Positions 1 to 6,738 of a stretch of DNA of 32,000 bases are shown piece after piece. The stretch covers positions 5,970,001 to 6,002,000 of the forward strand of contig NC_009925.1 in the NCBI RefSeq assembly GCF_000018105.1. Reading direction: 5' to 3'. The translations under genes were made by a program, and so were the position numbers. How positions within the stretch are numbered: the stretch's first letter is position 1; each line of letters starts with the position of its first letter. Below the pieces are notes generated by a model that did no database searches, had not been told where the DNA came from, and was given only the letters and a program-made list of their open reading frames with translations. Origin of the DNA: Acaryochloris marina MBIC11017 (GTDB taxonomy: Bacteria > Cyanobacteriota > Cyanobacteriia > Thermosynechococcales > Thermosynechococcaceae).

Positions 1-3000
1 CAAACAGCCCAGGTTGCCCAAAGTAAAGAAGTCTCCCTTCCAACAGCATCTCCACCTTCGAGTCAAAAACCAGTTATCTCTGCTCAACCCAACCAGGAAC
101 CGCAAGTATCTAGCACTCAACCTAACAAATCCCAATCCGTTTCAATCCAAACTTCGCTGGAAGCCATAGCTCAAAGCAATAAGGAGGTAGCCACTAAATC
201 ATCCCAACAAGGGACTGACACCTCAACGGACTTACCTAATAGTCAACCTATCGAATCTCAATCCATTTCTCAAACTTCACTGGAGACCACAGCTCACAGC
301 GAGCAGGTTAGTACTAAACCATCCCAACAAGGGACTAACAGCAACACAGCTAAACCAGCTAGTGAGACTATCCAGTCATCTCCAATTCCCCCTATCGATC
401 TGCAACCTAGCAACTCACAGCTTTCCCTCACAAATTCCAAAGAAGACGCTAACCCAAGTAGCTCAACTGATAGCAGCTCTTCAACTGAGACACCCATAAC
501 ATCTAGCTCTCCCACCATACCTAGGGGGAAATCAATAGAAACAACACCTATTGAACAAGTCGCCCAAGCATCTCCTCAGCAATCTCTAGGTGAGAAGCCT
601 TTATTGATTGAGAATTCCGAGACACCAAACTCAACAGCCCAGAGTAGCGAGAGTCAAACAGATACAACTGTTATTCAAAAAATAGAAAGTTCGGCAGCTC
701 AGCAATCTTCTACTGACCACCCGCATACATCGAAGATAGAAACGAACCAAACTAGTCCGACTAGTCCCTCTTCCTCATCAAATGAAACTCCCCCTACATC
801 CAGCACTACCCAAAAAACTGATGAGGATGCGGCACGGGCAACCGTTATTCAAAGAGCAGACGAACCATCTCCCGAGGCATCCACTAAAACAACTTCAAAA
901 CAACAGATTAAAAAAAACAAACAGAAAAAGATTCCCTTACAAGCGCAGCTATCGCGCATGGGGAAACGAGCTAAACAGGATATTCATAAAGTTGGGATTC
1001 AGCTCAAGCAGGCATCTCATTCATTCCCCACTGGTCAATCTAGAGCCAAAACAAAAGGGTTGCAGAAATCCACTAGTGATTCTCCCCAACCGTCAAATCC
1101 TCCATCTATCCAAACCAAATCATCTCCCGACTCAAAGCAATCACCCTCTGAAGTACCTTTAGTCCAAAGTGAAGCCGAGGCTATAGAACAAGTTTCTCCT
1201 CAGGAATCTGTCAGGGAAGAGGCTTTACTAGAGAAAACTGAGATTGCTAACCATGAACAGAATTCTCTAACGGTTCAAGCAGCCCCTGAGTCTAAAGACT
1301 CACCCCAAAAGCATCCTCATGCTACTCCAGCGACCTCTGAACCGACGATTGAACCGACGATCGATCAAGACATACAATCTGACTCAGTCACAGATCTCCA
1401 AAAGAAGTCTGAGTCGGCCTCAGATTTTACAATTACTGGACAGCATCGAAATAATTCTGAATCTTCAACACCCGAGGTTAGTGTTAATCAGCTAAAGACG
1501 ACTTCATCGCCTAGTGCTACTTCAAGTGCTGGGACTGAAACTTCCCGACTAAAAACAAAGAAGTGGGGACAATTACCAGCACACCCCCTAAAACGGCTGA
1601 CCCATCTCAGTCAGCAGGTCATGGACACGGTTAGTCGTCAACTTGAACCTCATCCGAATGAAGAGTTCAATCCATTTCAAAGGCAAGAGCAGAATTTACC
1701 TAAAAACTCAAACCAGAAGCGTGAAGATCAGACCATTAGCCCTGCCTCACTTCACAGATCTGTAAATGGAGATCCCCAACCCTTACAAGATAGTGGTAGT
1801 GAAAATAAATCCGCAGCAACGTCCATTCAATCAGACATTCAAGCGAAGTCCTATTTACCCAATGCAAGTCTAGACACCGCTAGTCTATCAAAGCCTGAAC
1901 TTAGTTCAGATGAACAAGCGCATCTCAACAGTCAAACAGATTACCTCACCGATGTAAGTGCTGAAGAGCATCGCCAAACTCAAGAATTACCCACTGTACA
2001 AAAAGCTGAAGACTCACAATCCTCAAGCCCTCCACCTCCCCAGTCTGCGCAAGTAGACTTTCCTACCTCGAACAGTATTGAGACCACCTCCCCCGCAGGA
2101 GGGGATAGCTCAGCATCAGTCGTTGAGTCACAAACTAATACCCCTATACCTGAATGGCAATTAATTCAGAATCAGCTTGCGGATCGGATCACAAATCTGG
2201 GTTCAGAAATTAGACAGAGGGTTGACCGGTCGATACTCAAACAAAGTTCAAGGAGAAAATTACCTCAACCCACGCAAATCAAGGAAACTGACTCAGCTCA
2301 AATAACAACATCATCTGAAGTTGCGCAGACAGATCAACCACTCAATTCTGCAGTATCTGAGCTGAATGGAGAAAATATTCAAGCCACTACTGAGTCTATT
2401 GCAGACCCAGTTAAAGGCATTGAACAACCATCACTGACTGCTACAGAGCAGCTAGCCTCTACATCTGACGCTGTGACAGAAAGTCCTGTGCAAACAGAAT
2501 CAAGTTCCGTTGTTGTGCCTTCCCAAAAAGATATCAGTCATCCGCAAGCGTTCACGATTGAGCCGTCCATTCAATCTCGCTCTGTAGATAAAGCAAAGAC
2601 TTCTAAGCCACAACAGGATTCAGAACAAAACAATCCAGCTTTGCTCCATGAAAACGAGGACACAATACAGAGGGATAGCGCTGAGACAAGCTCAAGCAGC
2701 TCAGAGCAGCCCATCACCAATGTATCGAGCCAAAGTTCAGCAAACTTTGGTACTGCAATACCAGAAGCGTCTCAAAGTCGAGATCGCAACCGTCCTTTCA
2801 ATTCCCCTATTTCAAAGTTACGTACAACCATTGTCCAGCAATTAACCAACCTAAAACCTAAAAAAACTAAGCCAAAAACTAAGGCAAAGAAACAAAAATC
2901 AGTTTCGTCTCCCGCAAAAATGTCTAGGGAGACTACAGAAACCGATTCGACGACGAGCCTGAACTTGCAGGCTAAACAAGAGGAAACCGCGCAATCAACA

Positions 3001-6000
3001 GAACACCCCAATTCTCCAGAACACCCAAACGTTACTCCAAGTGACGCGGCAGAACAAGCGGTCTCGACTACAAGTATTAGTGACGCTATTCAACGTCAAG
3101 ATATTGCGCCTCAGCAATCATCACCACTTGACCGTTCTGATGTTCCAATCCCTCAATCCAAGACTTCTCCACCTTCAGGATCGCTTCCTCTTCCACAAGA
3201 TGAAGGATCTATACATGGCGAAATAGACGCAAATGAACCCCCAGGAGGTTCGGGTACAAACGAAACAGATGCTAATCCCAACAACATACTCCAGCGTGAA
3301 ACAGAACAAGAGAAATCTCAACCCGAGCGACCTGAAGCTCAAACCCAACCCTTACAGGTTCAAAATGTTTTAGACACAGAATCACCTCTTTCAGACCGTC
3401 CACCTATTCGCGAAATTGCTATTCAAACTAAGGTTGAGCAGCAATCGGCAACTAACCAACCTCAATTTCCCACTAGTCCAACTTCATCTATCCAGCAATC
3501 TAGCCAAACACAGGGGAATCTTTCCAGCGAGAGTAACCAAAGCAACCTGAAAGAGAGTTCAGAGGCAGTTACAGAAGCTGATACCTCAGAAACTTCTAGT
3601 CAAAATTTGGATGGCCCTATTGTCCAAACATCCCAAATTAAGGAACAAGTCGACAACCAACCGAATGGTACTTCCCCAACAATTCAAGCCCAAGAGGACC
3701 AAGGCGGAGCGGCAGTATCCGAACAAAGCTTTTCTGTCTCAAGCCCCCATGTACCCATACCCAATTCTGACAATTCAGCTATAGATTCCACTCTGAATTC
3801 CAAGAATCTCGAATCTCAGGGACATCAAGCCCCACAGGCTCCCAGCAAAAGCAGTGATGCTAGCGGCAAAACGACTACTACAGACGGTATTATTCAACGA
3901 AAGATTGAAGCTCACATTGATAGCGATCAGCCATTCTTTACCCCAAAAGAGGATTCCAGTACCGCCAGCAAGCCGTTAAATGACCAGTCTATAAGCTCAG
4001 AAACTTCTATTCCAGGAAAGACTTCTGCTCAAATAGAGCCCCATACAGAACCATCAAATCTAGAACTAAAGCAAGCATCTACCGTTCCAATTCAATCCGT
4101 TGAAATTTCTGTTATCCAGCCCGCAACGGAGCCACAACTTCAGAAAGACAACCTTGGGCAATCGTTTGATAATTGCGATCGCACCCCAGAATCACCTCTA
4201 GAGCCTGGAGATAAGCTTACAATCCAGCCAACCCCAGAAATCCAACCTATAGAGCAACCCGACCAACAGCAAGCTGTCCCTAATCGCGACTCAGAAACGG
4301 CTCCAACTACTGATGCATCGCTTACAAATGACATACCGAAAGCGACTACAGGGCCTGCCCTACAAGCATCCAGTATCGAGCCGTCCCCCGATCCTAGTAT
4401 CGCTCCTAATGATATTTCAGCAACGTCAGAAATCATCCAGCCAAAACATCAATCCCATATTGGTTCAGAGCTAAAGACCGACCCTGACTTATCTACCGGC
4501 CAGATTCAAGCTAATTCCACTCTCTTGGCTGAATCCAGTAATACTGATACCCCAACACCAGATTTACAAAAACATCCAACTGATAATCTGGGTGAATCCC
4601 CACCCGAAAATGTAGAGCGCATCCAGTCTCAACCAGACCAGAACGAGTCTTCCCACCGTCGGATCATAGAGATTCCAGCTCAACGTCCTGACGGCAATAT
4701 TGAAAAAGCTAACTTATCCGATCAAGATATCGCATCCAGTTCATCCCTGGAACTTAACGAAAATCAAAGCCTGCAAAGAAGTTCAGAGGCCAACTCTTCT
4801 TTGCCAGAGAGGAATTTTGACCCTGCCAATCCCAAACCCTCTTCCAACATTGCTGAACAATCTGAGATTTCAGCACTTCCTCAAGCTGATTCATCCCCCC
4901 AAAAAGTAGAGCATATCCAGCCTCAACTGGACCAGATTGATTCTCCCCACCGTCGGATTATAGAGATCCCAGCTCAACGTCCTGACGAAAATCTCGCAAA
5001 TGATAATTTACACCCTAAGGATAGTGCGTCCAGCTCATCCTCGGACCTCCACGAAGACCCGATCCTTCAAAGGACTGTAGAGATCAACTCTTCTTTGGTA
5101 GAGACAGATCTTGACCGTACCAATAGAGACATCTCCTCAACGATTGGAGAAACATCTGAGGTTGCAGAACTTTCTGCAAAACCTGATTCAAAGCTGCAGC
5201 ATTCAGAAGCAGATACCTCCTCTCTCGCTTCAGTTCAGCCATTATCAACGCCTCCCCTTAAGTCCACGATCCAGCGCCAAGCTCAAGCAGAAGATACCCT
5301 CAACTCGCCTCCTCAACCGATAGATCCGGTAGATGCTCAGCCTGGTTCAGCAGATTCTCTACAACGCCGAGTTATTGAGATAGCAGCTCAATCGCCTGAG
5401 CCCAGACAACCAGAAGGGAATTCCCCAGACCTAACCGTTGCCCAGTTGTTGGCAACGGGCCAGTCGCCTTCTCCCTTGTCCAACATTGCGGACAATTTCG
5501 TTTCTCCGAAATTCATCAGCAATCTATTACCTTCCAGTCAACCAAATCGTAAACATCATTCTCAGAAACTACGGGATTTTCAAAATCCGAATGCACCATT
5601 ACAACGTAAAGATGATGATGAAACAGGACGGTCTGGCGAGGGCTATGAGATAAATACGGAGGATGCGATCGCACCCACAATCCAACCGTCAAACAACCCA
5701 ACACTCCCCTCCAACTGGTCCAGTATCGAAGACCTATTCACAACCCAGCCATCCGTCATCCAACCTAAAGCAGAGAAACCCACTGCAACCCCTGAAGACA
5801 CTTCAGATTTTGTCCTCACCCCCACAGGAATTTACCCAGAAAAGCAAGTCCCAAGGAAAACAGTATTTGCCCAACGAACGGCTCAACCCTTACAAAAGTC
5901 TCCAACTACTGCTCCCCCAGTTTCATCCACGCCCCAAACGACAGAAGTGGTGATGCGTCAATTCCAAACTGAAAAGTTAACTGAACCTGAAGTAGATGAG

Positions 6001-6108
6001 CAAAGTTTCGAAATCCTAGCAAGAGAGATCTATCACGTCCTCCGACAGCGCCTAGAAGTGGAGCGAGAGAGACATGGAGGGTATCAATCTGGTCGTTTAC
6101 CGTGGTGA
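1..6108 (+). CDS. Giant low-complexity Ser/Thr/Pro/Gln/Glu-rich protein, 5'-partial (at least 2035 aa), with a short C-terminal amphipathic helix. It occupies the tape-measure position of a contractile-injection / phage-tail-like module.
   Basis: I translated frame 1 by hand from base 1 and found no stop until TGA at 6106-6108. The ORF-track start at 604 is only a TTG, and the first in-frame ATG is codon 118 of that ORF, so the true start is upstream of the window. The other same-strand frames and the antisense frames are broken into short ORFs. The gene lies 29 nt upstream of the Afp7-like gene on the same strand. The C-terminus reads EVDEQSFEILAREIYHVLRQRLEVERERHGGYQSGRLPW. Confidence 0.8.
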   Translation, partial: QTAQVAQSKEVSLPTASPPSSQKPVISAQPNQEPQVSSTQPNKSQSVSIQTSLEAIAQSNKEVATKSSQQGTDTSTDLPNSQPIESQSISQTSLETTAHSEQVSTKPSQQGTNSNTAKPASETIQSSPIPPIDLQPSNSQLSLTNSKEDANPSSSTDSSSSTETPITSSSPTIPRGKSIETTPIEQVAQASPQQSLGEKPLLIENSETPNSTAQSSESQTDTTVIQKIESSAAQQSSTDHPHTSKIETNQTSPTSPSSSSNETPPTSSTTQKTDEDAARATVIQRADEPSPEASTKTTSKQQIKKNKQKKIPLQAQLSRMGKRAKQDIHKVGIQLKQASHSFPTGQSRAKTKGLQKSTSDSPQPSNPPSIQTKSSPDSKQSPSEVPLVQSEAEAIEQVSPQESVREEALLEKTEIANHEQNSLTVQAAPESKDSPQKHPHATPATSEPTIEPTIDQDIQSDSVTDLQKKSESASDFTITGQHRNNSESSTPEVSVNQLKTTSSPSATSSAGTETSRLKTKKWGQLPAHPLKRLTHLSQQVMDTVSRQLEPHPNEEFNPFQRQEQNLPKNSNQKREDQTISPASLHRSVNGDPQPLQDSGSENKSAATSIQSDIQAKSYLPNASLDTASLSKPELSSDEQAHLNSQTDYLTDVSAEEHRQTQELPTVQKAEDSQSSSPPPPQSAQVDFPTSNSIETTSPAGGDSSASVVESQTNTPIPEWQLIQNQLADRITNLGSEIRQRVDRSILKQSSRRKLPQPTQIKETDSAQITTSSEVAQTDQPLNSAVSELNGENIQATTESIADPVKGIEQPSLTATEQLASTSDAVTESPVQTESSSVVVPSQKDISHPQAFTIEPSIQSRSVDKAKTSKPQQDSEQNNPALLHENEDTIQRDSAETSSSSSEQPITNVSSQSSANFGTAIPEASQSRDRNRPFNSPISKLRTTIVQQLTNLKPKKTKPKTKAKKQKSVSSPAKMSRETTETDSTTSLNLQAKQEETAQSTEHPNSPEHPNVTPSDAAEQAVSTTSISDAIQRQDIAPQQSSPLDRSDVPIPQSKTSPPSGSLPLPQDEGSIHGEIDANEPPGGSGTNETDANPNNILQRETEQEKSQPERPEAQTQPLQVQNVLDTESPLSDRPPIREIAIQTKVEQQSATNQPQFPTSPTSSIQQSSQTQGNLSSESNQSNLKESSEAVTEADTSETSSQNLDGPIVQTSQIKEQVDNQPNGTSPTIQAQEDQGGAAVSEQSFSVSSPHVPIPNSDNSAIDSTLNSKNLESQGHQAPQAPSKSSDASGKTTTTDGIIQRKIEAHIDSDQPFFTPKEDSSTASKPLNDQSISSETSIPGKTSAQIEPHTEPSNLELKQASTVPIQSVEISVIQPATEPQLQKDNLGQSFDNCDRTPESPLEPGDKLTIQPTPEIQPIEQPDQQQAVPNRDSETAPTTDASLTNDIPKATTGPALQASSIEPSPDPSIAPNDISATSEIIQPKHQSHIGSELKTDPDLSTGQIQANSTLLAESSNTDTPTPDLQKHPTDNLGESPPENVERIQSQPDQNESSHRRIIEIPAQRPDGNIEKANLSDQDIASSSSLELNENQSLQRSSEANSSLPERNFDPANPKPSSNIAEQSEISALPQADSSPQKVEHIQPQLDQIDSPHRRIIEIPAQRPDENLANDNLHPKDSASSSSSDLHEDPILQRTVEINSSLVETDLDRTNRDISSTIGETSEVAELSAKPDSKLQHSEADTSSLASVQPLSTPPLKSTIQRQAQAEDTLNSPPQPIDPVDAQPGSADSLQRRVIEIAAQSPEPRQPEGNSPDLTVAQLLATGQSPSPLSNIADNFVSPKFISNLLPSSQPNRKHHSQKLRDFQNPNAPLQRKDDDETGRSGEGYEINTEDAIAPTIQPSNNPTLPSNWSSIEDLFTTQPSVIQPKAEKPTATPEDTSDFVLTPTGIYPEKQVPRKTVFAQRTAQPLQKSPTTAPPVSSTPQTTEVVMRQFQTEKLTEPEVDEQSFEILAREIYHVLRQRLEVERERHGGYQSGRLPW
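133..381 (+). repeat. Two tandem, diverged copies of a unit of about 126 nt (42 aa) inside the giant ORF
   Basis: Unit 1 starts at 133 (QSVSIQTSLEAIAQSNKEVATKSSQQGTDTS...). Unit 2 starts at 259 (QSISQTSLETTAHSEQVSTKPSQQGTNSN...). Shared strings include caaacttc(g/a)ctgga and aaa(t/c)catcccaacaagggact. Confidence 0.7.
4175..4182. repeat. HIP1 palindrome GCGATCGC
   Basis: Exact match read in sequence. Confidence 0.9.
4612..5199 (+). repeat. Two tandem copies of a 294-nt (98 aa) module inside the giant ORF. A third partial copy of its core motif lies at 5362-5400.
   Basis: Module A starts at 4612 (VERIQSQPDQNESSHRRIIEIPAQRPDGN...SLQRSSEANSSL). Module B starts at 4906 (VEHIQPQLDQIDSPHRRIIEIPAQRPDEN...ILQRTVEINSSL). 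The core HRRIIEIPAQRPD occurs at 4654-4692 and 4948-4986. The variant QRRVIEIAAQSPE occurs at 5362-5400. Confidence 0.8.
5665..5672. repeat. HIP1 palindrome GCGATCGC
   Basis: Exact match read in sequence. Confidence 0.9.
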
Positions 6109-6137
6109 ATTTTATATGAAGAGGTTGAATATAAACC

Positions 6138-6713
6138 ATGACCTATAGTGGCTCTCGCAGTAATAATAGTGCCGTTGCTTCAGGTAAGTTAGCGAAGGCA
6201 ACCTTAGTCCACCAACCCACGGACAAGAGTAAAGATATTGAATTTATGTTCAACCCCACAGAATTGGTCTTTCAGCAGTCGATGCGTCTAAATGAAAGCC
6301 AAGGGGCACGGACCGCTAAGGGATTACCCAAGGTCACCTTTGCCTATCCGGAAGCCTGCTCTCTGTCCTTGAGCAATATCTTGTTTGATACTTACGAGCA
6401 AGGAACCAGTGTGATTGATGCCTATATCAGCAAATTGATCAAAGCTTTGGATTTTGATGATAGTGGCGACGCTGCCAACAAACGACCGCCCATCTATATC
6501 TTCACTTGGGGAGACCAGCAATATCTACGCTGCTTTGTCGAGCAAATTACCTACAAACTCACTTTGTTTTTGCCGGATGGTACACCTGTCCAAGCCAGAG
6601 TCGATATGTCCCTAAAGGAAATTGACGAATCAAGCTTAGCAGGGGGAAGCCAGTCTGCCTCTCCCAATCGCTCCCAGGATAGTCGTTCCAGCCGAACAAC
6701 CTTTGGTCGCTAA
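6138..6713 (+). CDS. Contractile-injection-system tube-initiator-like protein (Afp7/Pvc7-type CIS tube N-terminal domain) without a LysM domain
   Basis: The motif pattern matches what I recall for Afp7-family proteins: KATL...IEFMFNPTEL, LFDTYEQGTSV, RPPIYIFTWGDQQYLRCFVEQITYKLTLFLPDGTPVQARVDMSLKE. No LysM-like segment is present. The last 30 aa or so are Ser/Arg-rich low complexity. The gene sits directly upstream of the VgrG gene. Confidence 0.75.
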   Translation: MTYSGSRSNNSAVASGKLAKATLVHQPTDKSKDIEFMFNPTELVFQQSMRLNESQGARTAKGLPKVTFAYPEACSLSLSNILFDTYEQGTSVIDAYISKLIKALDFDDSGDAANKRPPIYIFTWGDQQYLRCFVEQITYKLTLFLPDGTPVQARVDMSLKEIDESSLAGGSQSASPNRSQDSRSSRTTFGR

Positions 6714-6738
6714 AGTACTGAAATTAAGCTAACTGCCC

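Noticed and set aside
1-6108. The possibility that the giant ORF is non-coding low-complexity DNA or an assembly artefact
   Set aside because: A run of 2035 sense codons without a stop in one frame only cannot plausibly arise by chance. The spacing to the next gene is tight and the C-terminus is non-repetitive and structured. Repeats are diverged rather than identical, which argues against assembly collapse or duplication.
294-6139. About a dozen ORFs of 60-126 aa inside the giant gene, either out of frame or antisense (294-518, 782-1162, 2648-2845, 2772-3011, 3041-3226, 4140-4436, 4700-4909, 5111-5323, 5438-5653, 5516-5704, 5643-5825, 5663-5953, 5906-6139)
   Set aside because: All lie inside a 6.1-kb uninterrupted frame and look like shadow ORFs produced by its biased composition. 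None has a recognisable family or a convincing RBS.
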